Shown here: positions 13,284 through 22,680 of the stretch, one piece after another
How positions within the stretch are numbered: position 1 is the stretch's first letter
How the letters are laid out: every line of letters starts with the position of its first letter
Origin: Candidatus Latescibacterota bacterium
GTDB taxonomy: Bacteria > Latescibacterota > UBA2968 > UBA8231
Assembly (NCBI GenBank): GCA_965200315.1
Contig: OZ241362.1
Location: 704,001-768,000, forward strand
DNA: 64,000 nt
Direction: 5' to 3'
Made by a program: the position numbers and the translations under genes
Notes under the pieces: generated by a model
The model's input: only the letters and a program-made list of their open reading frames with translations
Told to the model about the DNA's origin: nothing
Databases searched by the model: none

Positions 13284-13619
13284 CTATGATCGCCACGCTG
13301 GGTGGGTGACATGCAGCAAATAAGCCCGTTCCGGCACGGTGATGATCGTCTCCGTACCTTTCTCAATATAACCCAAGTCACCCGCCTCGTATTGCACCGG
13401 CTCCTGACCCGCGACTCGAATTTCCAAGCGCCCCTCCAACATGAAAAAGACCTCGTCGTAATCAAAAGTCCACACCAACCGGCTGGCCTCTAGATACTCG
13501 GTAAAACCGGCCGACAGTTTGTCGCCGGCACCAACAATGGGATCGGAAACCTGCACAGTGGCACCGGGCACGTCAAAAGCGGCTAAATTTCTCTGGGCCT
13601 TCTCGACTTTATGGATCAT
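13284..13619 (-). CDS. Cupin, EutQ-like
   Basis: LSAGF, WTFDYDEVFFMLEG and AGDLGYIEKG. Confidence 0.75.
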   Translation of the reverse strand: MIHKVEKAQRNLAAFDVPGATVQVSDPIVGAGDKLSAGFTEYLEASRLVWTFDYDEVFFMLEGRLEIRVAGQEPVQYEAGDLGYIEKGTETIITVPERAYLLHVTHPAWRS

Positions 13620-13764
13620 GACGCACTCCTAATTAGGGTTCTTTTTATCGAGCTTGAATTTCGCCATATTTCCCTCGCTCATGGCGCGTCGCTCTTCGGG
13701 CTGATATGATAAAGCTAACGTACGAGAATCCCACAGTTGCACCAACAAGGGCACTCGCTCCCAA

Positions 13765-15093
13765 GTGCCTAGGCCACAGGAGCTAGCCCCTTTGTCCCAC
13801 CCATCCATTCCTCCGGCCATAGCCCAAATCTTGGGACTGCCCCCCCAAGACTTGACCCCTTTCTTTGCTGACCGCCCCTGTGCCCAATCGCTAGAACGCC
13901 TCGAAATCCTAGCCGCTTGGATGGCCAAGATAAATACCCAAAACCACGACGGCGTGACCTTGACTCCGGCCTTGGTGGAACACCTGTCCAGCGGCGATAT
14001 CCACGCCCGCATCGCCGATTTGGACCAGCGGCGCCGGGCGACCAGGCTGGGCCAATTTGACCCAGACGACCTTTTACAGCGGGAACTGGAGTACCGACGC
14101 TACGCCTCTGAGGCCCGGCACCAGCCGACTTGGCCTCAAGACGAAATAGGACAGCGTTGCGCCTTTGACTCTTTAGCGATCCTCCAGCCCCAGCAGGAGG
14201 AGGATTGCTGTCTGACCGACCAAGACTGCCTCGAAGTCCAGCGGGCGGCTTGGGAGGCGCACGGCCTGCTCAATTTCCTGCGCCATTTCCGCGTCCACAC
14301 CCAAAGGTCTATAGTCGTAGTTGGCAACGAGCGCTACGGCCGCCTCTTTGTCGTCGAGCCCCTAGAGCCGCATTTGGCCGGCAACTTTGCCGTGCGCTAC
14401 GAGCGCACTCCCTCGCACCTCTCCATGCGCCTGACCGTGCCCCACTATACCGAGCGCTTTCAGCGCAATGGCTTTGCTCCCGAGTTCATGCGCCATTTGA
14501 GCACCCACATGCCCCACGTAGTGCTGGTGGACGTGTGCAGTCCCCGGGACACAGAGCACTACACCAAAGTCCCCCGCGGCATCCGCGATTTGGTCAATTG
14601 GTTCATGGTCTTCAACCACCTCCGCGCCCAAGGCGACCGCAGCCAGTACCAAGATCAGAGCGGCCTACCTCATTACTTGCTGGACGAGTTGGAAAAGTGG
14701 TACGAGTTTGTCGTCGTGCGGCGGCGCATTGGCCCGTGGATAGAACCTGGTCCGACCTACGCCATCAGGCACTGGGCTCCTGAACTGAAAGCGGAAGTGC
14801 TCATGGGCGATCTGGCCGTCCCCCGGCGACCGGCCGCACTCGGCGACCAGCCCCAGGTCATTTTGGCCAATCCCGCTCTGTATCGCACCGAGGGCGCGGA
14901 CCTGCCCGAGTTCATGCGCCGCACCCAACCCTATTACTTCAACGACCCAGAGAAGCGCATCCGCGAAGAGATTGTCCCCGGCTTTGGTGCCCACGGCTTT
15001 GAGACCCGCGTCCGGGGCTGTACCACGGACCAGTACGTGGCCGCGGTGCAGCGCGCTATGGGTCAGGCCCTGCAAAGGTGCGAGTCTCGCTAG
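13765..15093 (+). CDS. Hypothetical protein (442 aa)
   Basis: Long ORF with protein-like composition; no family recognised. Confidence 0.6.
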   Translation: MPRPQELAPLSHPSIPPAIAQILGLPPQDLTPFFADRPCAQSLERLEILAAWMAKINTQNHDGVTLTPALVEHLSSGDIHARIADLDQRRRATRLGQFDPDDLLQRELEYRRYASEARHQPTWPQDEIGQRCAFDSLAILQPQQEEDCCLTDQDCLEVQRAAWEAHGLLNFLRHFRVHTQRSIVVVGNERYGRLFVVEPLEPHLAGNFAVRYERTPSHLSMRLTVPHYTERFQRNGFAPEFMRHLSTHMPHVVLVDVCSPRDTEHYTKVPRGIRDLVNWFMVFNHLRAQGDRSQYQDQSGLPHYLLDELEKWYEFVVVRRRIGPWIEPGPTYAIRHWAPELKAEVLMGDLAVPRRPAALGDQPQVILANPALYRTEGADLPEFMRRTQPYYFNDPEKRIREEIVPGFGAHGFETRVRGCTTDQYVAAVQRAMGQALQRCESR

Positions 15094-15095
15094 GC

Positions 15096-15350
15096 ATGCT
15101 CCGCTGCCGACTCACCATTACTTCGCCCCTGCCCAGCGATTGGGGCCGCATTCCCTTTTCGTCCGTCATCGACTTTGGCCGTCTCATTGCCCAGGCCGGA
15201 GTCCAAGGCGTACTCGACCCCAATTCCATTGTCGTAGTCAATCTCGCCAGCGGTACGAGTGTGTATCCCTTTTTCGCCCACGCGGCCCTAGAGATGGACC
15301 GCCATCCGCAATATCGGATCGAATTGGTGGCGTCCTGCTCGTTGCCCTGA
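15096..15350 (+). other. Short ORF, probably a gene remnant or chimera
   Basis: 84 aa from ATG 15096; reads like a truncated N-terminus joined to an unrelated C-terminus. Confidence 0.3.
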
Positions 15351-15449
15351 GGGGCGGTTGCAGACTGGGGCCGTCTCCCAAGGCCGCGAGCGGATTGTCC
15401 GCTAGGGCATTTTTCAATACTTTGGCTGCTGACGCTGCTCCCAACACCG

Positions 15450-15611
15450 GAGAATATGTTCGCCCTGCTCGAGACGCTGTGCGCGGTGGGTTTCAATGGC
15501 GGCTTGCAGATGGATCACCTGCCGCACTACGACAATGACGACGCCCAGCGTGCGACCAGTGCCTTTGCCGTGGGCTACACAAAGGCACTGCTCCGCGCCC
15601 TCAATGGCTAG
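15450..15611 (+). pseudogene. C-terminal remnant of a mannonate dehydratase (UxuA)-family gene
   Basis: ENMFALLETLCAVGFNGGLQMDHLP...AFAVGYTKALLRAL aligns by eye with the C-terminus of the intact gene at 23612-24559 (DMFRAM..YKEVGFNGPFMMDHTP...AYATGFIRAMIQAV). Confidence 0.7.
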
Positions 15612-15629
15612 CAATTTAGCCGGACAAAC

Positions 15630-16742
15630 ATGACCAACTACTGCCCCGCCCCCCACGACTGGCAGCTCCGCAATCCCACCCAAGCCGGCTTCGACGCCGA
15701 CAGACTGGCCGCGGCGTTGGCCTTTGCCCAGACCCAAGAAATCCAAGCCTCCACCAATTTGGCTGACATGCTGCCCAAGGGCGACCGCCACCCCAACGAC
15801 CGCCCCTTAGGCCCGCTCAAAAAACGCGGCTCCACAGCCGGCCTGATCGTGCGGCAAGGGTATCTGGTCGCCACCTTCGGCCCGGTGGCTAGCGTCGAAG
15901 TCACCTTCAGTTGCGCCAAGAGCTATATCTCGGCGTTGGCCGGGGTGGCCTTTGATCAAGGGCTAATCCGCGATCTCGACGAACCCGTCGGCCGCACGGT
16001 GGCGGACGGCGGCTTTGACGCGCCGCAAAACCAGTCCATCACTTGGCGTCATTTGCTGCAACAAACCAGCGAGTGGGAAGGCGAGCTCTTTGGCCTGCCC
16101 GACTGGATCGACCGCGGCCGCCAGCTAGGCCAAGGGGCGGCCGAAGCCACGGTGGGTGGCACGGCCGCTAGCGCCGACAATTACCGCTCTCTCGAACCGC
16201 CCGGCACTTTTTGGGAATACAATGACGTGCGCGTCAACCGCACGGCCCTCAGCCTATTGCGCCTTTTCCGCGGCCCCTTACCCCCAGTGCTCAAAGAACG
16301 CATCATGGACCCCATTGGGGCCTCTTCTACTTGGGAATGGCACGGGTACGCAACCTCCCATGTCGAAGAAAGCGGCCAAACAGTCCAATCCGTCTCCGGC
16401 GGCACGCACTGGGGCGGCGGCCTGTGGATCACCACCTACGACCACGCCCGCTTTGGCCTGCTCTTCCAGCGGCGCGGGCGCTGGAACGGCCGCCCGCTTC
16501 TCTCCGAACAGTGGATTGCTCACTCCCTCGCTCCTTGCCCCATCAAGCCCGAATACGGCTTCCTGTGGTGGCTCAACCACCAGCACGCCATGTCCGATTT
16601 GGCCTGCCGCGAAAGCTTTGCGGCGCGCGGGGCCGGCGGCAACATCGTCTTCGTCGAGCCGGAGCGCGAGCTAGTCATCGTCCTGCGCTGGTGCGGCAAC
16701 GCCAAAGCCGCGATCGACCGCATCCTCGCCAGCGAAGTTTAA
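15630..16742 (+). CDS. Serine hydrolase, beta-lactamase family
   Basis: SxxK motif FSCAKS, ITWRHLLQQTS, PGTFWEYND and YGFLWW. Confidence 0.85.
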   Translation: MTNYCPAPHDWQLRNPTQAGFDADRLAAALAFAQTQEIQASTNLADMLPKGDRHPNDRPLGPLKKRGSTAGLIVRQGYLVATFGPVASVEVTFSCAKSYISALAGVAFDQGLIRDLDEPVGRTVADGGFDAPQNQSITWRHLLQQTSEWEGELFGLPDWIDRGRQLGQGAAEATVGGTAASADNYRSLEPPGTFWEYNDVRVNRTALSLLRLFRGPLPPVLKERIMDPIGASSTWEWHGYATSHVEESGQTVQSVSGGTHWGGGLWITTYDHARFGLLFQRRGRWNGRPLLSEQWIAHSLAPCPIKPEYGFLWWLNHQHAMSDLACRESFAARGAGGNIVFVEPERELVIVLRWCGNAKAAIDRILASEV

Positions 16743-18475
16743 ACCAGCGCGTCGGCTAGCTCCTGAGCTTGGACCATGCGGGCGTAGAGCCCTTCTTGGG
16801 CCAGCAAGTTTTGGTGGGTGCCGCGCTCGGCAATGCGGCCTTGGTCCAGCACTACGATCAAATCGGCCCGGCGCACAGTGGACAGACGGTGGGCAATGAC
16901 CAAGGTCGTGCGATTGTATATGAGCCGCTGGATGGCTTCTTGGATGAGGACCTCAGTGGCTGTGTCCACCGAGGAAGTGGCTTCGTCGAGGAGTAGCACC
17001 GGGGCGTTTTTGAGCAAGGCGCGGGCAATGGACAGACGCTGCTTTTGCCCCCCTGACAGGCGTACGCCGCGCTCGCCGATCAAGGTGTTGTAGCCTGCGG
17101 GCAGATCGCGGATGAATTCTTCGGCGTTGGCCGCTCGGGCCGCTTCCTCCATGTCGGTTTGGCTGGCTTCGGGGCGGCCAAAGAGGATGTTGTCGCGCAC
17201 AGTGCCGTGGAAGAGAAAGACGTCTTGGGGGACGGAGGCGATGTGGCCGCGCAGATAGTCTAAGGGCAGGCTCCGCACATCGCGCCCGCCCAGTTGGACT
17301 CGGCCCTTTTGCGGGTCGTAGTAGCGCGGCACCAAGGCGGCAATGGTACTCTTGCCGGCACCTGTGGGGCCGACCAACGCCACCACCTGTCCGGCTTCTA
17401 CTTGGAAATCAATATCGCGCAGCACGGGCTGATCTGGCTCGTAGCCAAAAGTGAGACGATCAAAGCGCACGGACCAGTCTAGCTGAGCTGGCGCCACCGC
17501 GTTGGGCGCGTCGACGATAGTGGGTTTTTGCGCCAGCAGGGCGAAAATTCGCTCGGTACTGGAAGCGGCCTTCTGTAGCACGTCGTTGATGGAGGCCAAG
17601 CGCAGGAAAGGCTCGTAGATATGCGCCATGTAAGCGACGAAAACAAATAGATCCGCCACGGAAATGCCGCCTTGCAGTGCATCAGTACCCCCCGCCCAGA
17701 TCACCAGCACCACCCCTACTCCACCGGCTCCTTCGATTAGGCCGGAAGGAATAATGGATATCTTGTTAGCGGCGATCATGCGGTCGCGGAAGGTCTGGCT
17801 GCGGGCCTCAATGCTGCGGGCGCAGCGCTCTTCCTGAACGAATGATTTGATGACCGAGACGCCGGAAAGGTAGTCCTGCACTTGGGCCACCAACTCGCCC
17901 AAGCCGCCCCGCACTCCAGCCCACATACCCCGCACCCGCGAGACGTAGCGAAAGACGAGAAAAGCGGTCAGCGGGATGGGCAGCAGCGCGACGAGGGCGA
18001 GGCGGGCGTCGAGGATGAACAGCACAGTCAGCATGGCACCGGGAATGACTATGGCGATGAATGTCTCGGGAATGCCGTGGGCGATAAAGTCCTCCACGGT
18101 CTCCACGTCGTTGATGGAACGAGCCATGAGGTCGCCGGTGCGGCGCTGGTGGAAAAAGCGGTGCGGCATCCGCTGCAAATGGCGGTACACCCGAATCATG
18201 AGTCGGTGCATGACTTGATAGGCAGCTACATGCGAGTACAGGCCGTACCCATAGCGCACTAAGCCCCGGATCAGGTACGAGCCTAGCAACAAAAGAGATA
18301 GCTTCAGCAGACCGACTGAGGTGCCACCTCCTTCGGTGAGCCATTGAATGAGGCGGCGGATGACTAAGGGCGGCAACAAGTTAGCGGCGACAAAGAGTAA
18401 TCCGCAACCAATGGTCAGGGCCAAGAGGGTACGTTGAGGACGGACGAGGCGATAGAACTGGCGGATGAAATTCAC
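16739..18475 (-). CDS. ABC exporter, fused permease/ATP-binding protein
   Basis: Transmembrane region, GPTGAGKST, LSGGQKQR, LLLDEATS and IAHRLST. Confidence 0.92.
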   Translation of the reverse strand: MNFIRQFYRLVRPQRTLLALTIGCGLLFVAANLLPPLVIRRLIQWLTEGGGTSVGLLKLSLLLLGSYLIRGLVRYGYGLYSHVAAYQVMHRLMIRVYRHLQRMPHRFFHQRRTGDLMARSINDVETVEDFIAHGIPETFIAIVIPGAMLTVLFILDARLALVALLPIPLTAFLVFRYVSRVRGMWAGVRGGLGELVAQVQDYLSGVSVIKSFVQEERCARSIEARSQTFRDRMIAANKISIIPSGLIEGAGGVGVVLVIWAGGTDALQGGISVADLFVFVAYMAHIYEPFLRLASINDVLQKAASSTERIFALLAQKPTIVDAPNAVAPAQLDWSVRFDRLTFGYEPDQPVLRDIDFQVEAGQVVALVGPTGAGKSTIAALVPRYYDPQKGRVQLGGRDVRSLPLDYLRGHIASVPQDVFLFHGTVRDNILFGRPEASQTDMEEAARAANAEEFIRDLPAGYNTLIGERGVRLSGGQKQRLSIARALLKNAPVLLLDEATSSVDTATEVLIQEAIQRLIYNRTTLVIAHRLSTVRRADLIVVLDQGRIAERGTHQNLLAQEGLYARMVQAQELADALV

Positions 18476-18651
18476 GGGAAGGCGTCAATAAAAAAGAGCA
18501 CCACCGAGTCGCAAGGGCCTTGCACCGCCGTCAGCAGCGCCGGGTCGAAGCTGGGCGATCCTTGGCCCGTCAAGACCCATTTGATGGTGGCCGGCAGGTC
18601 GGCAAAACAGTGGCCGTTATAGCGGGGGCGGATGAAGCGGTCGTCGAGCAC
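18472..18651 (-). pseudogene. N-terminal remnant of an alkaline phosphatase/phosphodiesterase-family gene
   Basis: Manual translation: VLDDRFIRPRYNGHCFADLPATI...VVLFFIDAFP*. It stops right after the first metal-binding Asp. Confidence 0.55.
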
Positions 18652-18665
18652 GATACGCCGAGACT

Positions 18666-19532
18666 CTACAAAAAGCGCGTAATCCCAAAGCCCAAGCGCC
18701 AGTTGTCAGGAGCCGCGTCGTCGGGTGCTCCCACCAAGTACTGGGCTGGACTAAGGCGTGTATTGTTGGTGGCGAAGAGGTAGAAGGTGTGCCCTCCCGT
18801 ATCTATGGACAGGCCCCAAGCCAGCGAATTGTGTGAGCGGCCCGTTTCGCCCGGCAATAAAATGCCCTGGTATCCGGTCAGGGCCGGACTGTACTCCAAC
18901 CACACGCCCCACGTATCGTCAAAGTAATACTGGACGTACGTTCCCAGCGTAAAGGTGTATTGCGTCTCGACGCTAAAAATGGCACTGTTGTACAGATAGG
19001 AAGGCACCAACCCGATGCCCAACCTGCCGTCCATCAGTGCATTGAAAATCAATTGTCCGTAGTATTGAAAATTCTCAGCCGCAGCCGCCTTGCGCTCGAC
19101 AATAGCCGGCATTTCCGTATTCCAAGCCACGCCAGCGTTTAGGGCCAAAACCGCCGGCAAGTGCTCGTGGGAAAATTGCAGCCAATGGTACTGCAACTGC
19201 AAGTCCAAATTGTCCAGCATATTACTCCGCCCCAAGGTCGCCATCAGCCGGTCGCTGAGGCCGTAACTGAGCGAGGTGCGGATATTGGCTGGCCCATCGA
19301 AACCGAAATTGGCCTTGTACCCCTCGTCAATAGGCGGGAGGAAGCGGTGCGCAATCTCGTAGTGGAAATCGCCTTGGGCCAGCGTTTCGGCGGTGGGATA
19401 ATTGGCCGTCCTGATCGCACTGAATAGCTCCAAGCGGGTTTTGATCGGCACGGTCGCCTGCCACGACGGCTGGGCACCAGCCAACGCCGGCAACAGCACT
19501 CCCAAGCACAAGACGCGAATGTTCACGGTCAA
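18666..19532 (-). CDS. Outer-membrane beta-barrel (DUF5777-like)
   Basis: Signal peptide, I.HRF, FGFDGPANIR, SIDTGGHTF and C-terminal LGFGITRFL. Confidence 0.75.
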   Translation of the reverse strand: MTVNIRVLCLGVLLPALAGAQPSWQATVPIKTRLELFSAIRTANYPTAETLAQGDFHYEIAHRFLPPIDEGYKANFGFDGPANIRTSLSYGLSDRLMATLGRSNMLDNLDLQLQYHWLQFSHEHLPAVLALNAGVAWNTEMPAIVERKAAAAENFQYYGQLIFNALMDGRLGIGLVPSYLYNSAIFSVETQYTFTLGTYVQYYFDDTWGVWLEYSPALTGYQGILLPGETGRSHNSLAWGLSIDTGGHTFYLFATNNTRLSPAQYLVGAPDDAAPDNWRLGFGITRFL

Positions 19533-19543
19533 TTTCTCCTGCC

Positions 19544-20116
19544 CTATTGTACGTGTTTTAAGTAGAACGAGACCTCAATGGCAATTTCCTCGCTTACCTT
19601 GACAAAGGCCGCCAAGGAGGGTGCCTCAATGTTGTAGTCGGCCAGTTTAATAGTGAAAGCGGCCTCGACCTTGGAGCGCCCCTCTTCCACCACTACTGTA
19701 CCGGGCACTTCTAAGGCGCGATCCACCCCGTGTAGCGACAAAATTCCCTTGGTCTTGACTCGATAGGCGACCACGGTAGAATCGACAGCGGTGTGTTCGG
19801 CGATCTCCCCTTTGTACACGGCCTTGGGCCACTGGTCCGTATCTAGCACTTGGCGCATGTCGCGGTCTCGCTTGCCAATGCCCGTATCAAAACTGGCTAG
19901 GTCCACTTCAAAATGCAGTTGGTCCTTGGCCGCAAAAAGCGGCTCGCCTTCCCAATAGATGAAGCCGTCGATTTTGTCGGTCGTGCCGGTAAAAGTGAGG
20001 GCCACCACTTTGGAAGTGAACGCGACTTGGTTGCCCTCGGCCTTTTTATCGACGTGCCATTCGCCGCCGTGGACGGCCAGCGGCGAGCAGCTCAGCAAGC
20101 AAATGAACCAGCGCAT
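19544..20116 (-). CDS. YceI-family lipid/polyisoprenoid-binding protein
   Basis: DLASFDTGIGKRDRDM and G.LSLHGV; likely start MRWF at 20116 with a signal peptide. Confidence 0.85.
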   Translation of the reverse strand: MRWFICLLSCSPLAVHGGEWHVDKKAEGNQVAFTSKVVALTFTGTTDKIDGFIYWEGEPLFAAKDQLHFEVDLASFDTGIGKRDRDMRQVLDTDQWPKAVYKGEIAEHTAVDSTVVAYRVKTKGILSLHGVDRALEVPGTVVVEEGRSKVEAAFTIKLADYNIEAPSLAAFVKVSEEIAIEVSFYLKHVQ

Positions 20117-20144
20117 AAGACGGAACTTACCGTTTAGAGTCAAA

Positions 20145-20555
20145 TTAGTCGTTGGGATCCCCATTTTCTATCCAAGCGCGCACCGTTTCGAGCTCGGCCG
20201 GGGTCAGGTACGGCCCGCTGGGAGGCATGCGGGCTCCGTCGATATCGGCGTCTGCCAAGAGCTTGAGATACAGGTAGCTGTTGTCGGGATCGCCCGGCTC
20301 GACCAAGGCTATGCCACGGCTGCTCTCCACATGGACGATGTTGTCGTATGCTCGCCCCGCGGACAGGTTGGGCCAAGCGGTGCCGCTGTGGCAGCCGCTC
20401 AAGGCGCAGGAAACGTCGAATATGGTCTCTTGCACCTGCTCAAACGTCGCCGGCCCTTCGGCGGCAGCGTCGAATACCATATCCGTGCTCGTGGTTAGCT
20501 CGGAACAAGACGTCCCTGTAAAAACCAGCGCGACGAGCGCGATGAGGGCTTTCAT
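20145..20555 (-). CDS. Lipoprotein with cytochrome c-like motif
   Basis: Lipobox-like GTSC, CALSGCH, V.PGDPDNSYL, RMPP and WI.NG. Confidence 0.7.
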   Translation of the reverse strand: MKALIALVALVFTGTSCSELTTSTDMVFDAAAEGPATFEQVQETIFDVSCALSGCHSGTAWPNLSAGRAYDNIVHVESSRGIALVEPGDPDNSYLYLKLLADADIDGARMPPSGPYLTPAELETVRAWIENGDPND

Positions 20556-20696
20556 GGCCTGTTCTCCTTGGGGTGTACTACCTTCGCAACCTAAGCATGA
20601 CGGTCTGGGCCTGCAACACTCGGGAGAATGGGCTTTTGAATTTAGAACGCACTCCCACGCAACGCTTGGCCATCGACGGCATCCCCTTCCTTCTAT

Positions 20697-20822
20697 GGTC
20701 AGTCCGCCGAGGAAATGTCGTCCAGGTCATCCAGGCTTGAGCACTTTGGTGGAGATCTGGTACTTCGCTTGCTCAATGATCTACAGGTAGATGGGAACCC
20801 CGCTGGATGGATCTATGCGCAA
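20697..20822 (-). pseudogene. GntR (YtrA-type) regulator remnant
   Basis: LRIDPSSGVPIYL*IIEQAKYQISTKVLKPG* with in-frame stops at 20781-20783 and 20727-20729. Confidence 0.7.
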
Positions 20823-20859
20823 TGGCGACTCTCCTTCAAATACTTTTTACTTAGCAGGC

Positions 20860-20894
20860 AAAAAAATGGGCCAGCGTCTTAATGCTGACCCATT
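20860..20894 (-). terminator. Probable intrinsic terminator after the TlpA gene
   Basis: Stem AATGGGCCAGC/GCTGACCCATT with an adjacent A7 run (T run on the minus strand). Confidence 0.55.
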
Positions 20895-20976
20895 AATTGC
20901 AAAAAATACATGGAACCAAGAGCCTAGGCTGGGAGAGGCGCTTGCCGGGGCTCACAAGGGACGTCTGCTCAGCTTC

Positions 20977-22662
20977 TCACAAGCTCTTCTCAATCATCGC
21001 CACAATATCGTATGTATCTCTCATCCCAAACCTAAAACGCTCTACGATTAGCCCTTGTGAGTCCACCAAGTAATACAAAGGTATGCCATCTATTTGGTAG
21101 GATTTGGCCACATCCGAAGCAAAGGTGTCCGTACGCACGTGGACGCCTTTGATCTCATGTTTATCAATCGCCTCTCGCCAAGCCTCCTCATCCTCATCTA
21201 GCGACACATTGACGAAGACGACCGGCCAGTCGGCTGTTTTTTCCTTGATTTCGCGGAGCTTAGGCAGATCGCTGATACACGGCTCGCACCAACTGGCCCA
21301 GAAGTCGAGCAAAACTACCTCGCCCTTGAACTGGCTCAGCGATACGGGCTGACCACTGAGGTCGTGCAGAGTGAATTCGGGCGCGGGTTGCCCAAGTTGC
21401 AGCCCGGGTTGCGGCTTCAGGGCGTTATCCAGAGCCGCTTGGACGGCCTCCGTGTATTCTGGATGCGGGTTGATCTGCTGGAAATCCTCCCATCTGCGAT
21501 GAGCCAACGCAAAGGCTTCGCTGCCTTTCTCAAACCCATCGATCAGCACTCCGGCCAAAAACCAATAGAGCACTCTCCCTTCCAGTTTTTCCTTGGCCAA
21601 GTCGTACCTATTCAGAAAATCCCACATTATGCGGCGTCTTTTGTGTTTATATATCGAGTCGAGTTGGGCCTCGGCGACTTCCGATAGGCCCAGACCTGAT
21701 AGATCGATCTTCTCGGACAACCTGAGCGGTTCGCGGTGTTCGTAGAGAGAATCGAGTTGGGCCTGATTCGCTTGGTACATGGAGTCGAGTTGAGCCTCGG
21801 TCTCCTCTGACAACCCCAAACCGGATAGGTCGTACAGGTCGTACAGTCTGGATGGCCTAGCCCCTTTGATTAACTCCCAGTCCAGAATACTCACCAGAAA
21901 GGTGTGATAAGTGTCCACGCCTATGGCCTTTTCGTCCACCAAGGAAATCTCCTGTAGGAAGTCGTAGTACTCCGAGGTGACGTCTTCGTTCTTATGGTCG
22001 TTGGCAAACCAGTAATACATCGGATAGGAAATCATCCTACTGGCCCACCCGTAATTGAAGTAGGCTGTCGCGTAGTCGATAAAACTCGGCGAGAGCGCGT
22101 ATTCCTCGCGTCTCTCGGTCAGAAATTCAAACTGATTCTGCCGCCGCTGGTCTATCTGGCGCTTGAAATCTTCCACCTCCAGATCTTCGTAGTCGAGGCG
22201 GAAGGAGTAGTATCGCGGGAACCACTCGGCAATGAAGCGACTGTCATCCGCGTTGGGGCCGCTGAACGAGTAAGAAGGACCGAAAAATCCCTCTTCCACG
22301 GCCACGTGCAGACTGTCGCCGGGTTCGACGAAGAAGATCAAGAGACTGCGATCGAAGAGAAAAGCTCCTAACCACTGCACCCATTTCGATCGCGGTTGCC
22401 CGCCTGCGTAAGCCCCCCCGACGAGGGTCCCGCGGACGACAGGTATCTCGCAGGCGAAGCGGCCCTCGCTGTCGAGCGCGACGCGCTGATTGGAGTTCCC
22501 CAGCGCCGACGGCGATTCGTAGCCAAACGTAATTTCCCGCGCAGTCGGGTCCCGGACTTCGCCGGTGATGATCGCAACTTGTGTTTGGCCCTGAGTGCTG
22601 GCCAGACAAGCGCTCGACGCCATGAGCATGGCAATGAGAAGACTACCGTATGTGTTCGTCAT
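20977..22662 (-). CDS. TlpA-family thiol-disulfide oxidoreductase with long N-terminal extension
   Basis: C-terminal APEFTL.DLSG..VSLSQFKG.VVLLDFWASWCEPC; signal peptide. Confidence 0.85.
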   Translation of the reverse strand: MTNTYGSLLIAMLMASSACLASTQGQTQVAIITGEVRDPTAREITFGYESPSALGNSNQRVALDSEGRFACEIPVVRGTLVGGAYAGGQPRSKWVQWLGAFLFDRSLLIFFVEPGDSLHVAVEEGFFGPSYSFSGPNADDSRFIAEWFPRYYSFRLDYEDLEVEDFKRQIDQRRQNQFEFLTERREEYALSPSFIDYATAYFNYGWASRMISYPMYYWFANDHKNEDVTSEYYDFLQEISLVDEKAIGVDTYHTFLVSILDWELIKGARPSRLYDLYDLSGLGLSEETEAQLDSMYQANQAQLDSLYEHREPLRLSEKIDLSGLGLSEVAEAQLDSIYKHKRRRIMWDFLNRYDLAKEKLEGRVLYWFLAGVLIDGFEKGSEAFALAHRRWEDFQQINPHPEYTEAVQAALDNALKPQPGLQLGQPAPEFTLHDLSGQPVSLSQFKGEVVLLDFWASWCEPCISDLPKLREIKEKTADWPVVFVNVSLDEDEEAWREAIDKHEIKGVHVRTDTFASDVAKSYQIDGIPLYYLVDSQGLIVERFRFGMRDTYDIVAMIEKSL

Positions 22663-22680
22663 GAACCTTGCTCCAGTCAG

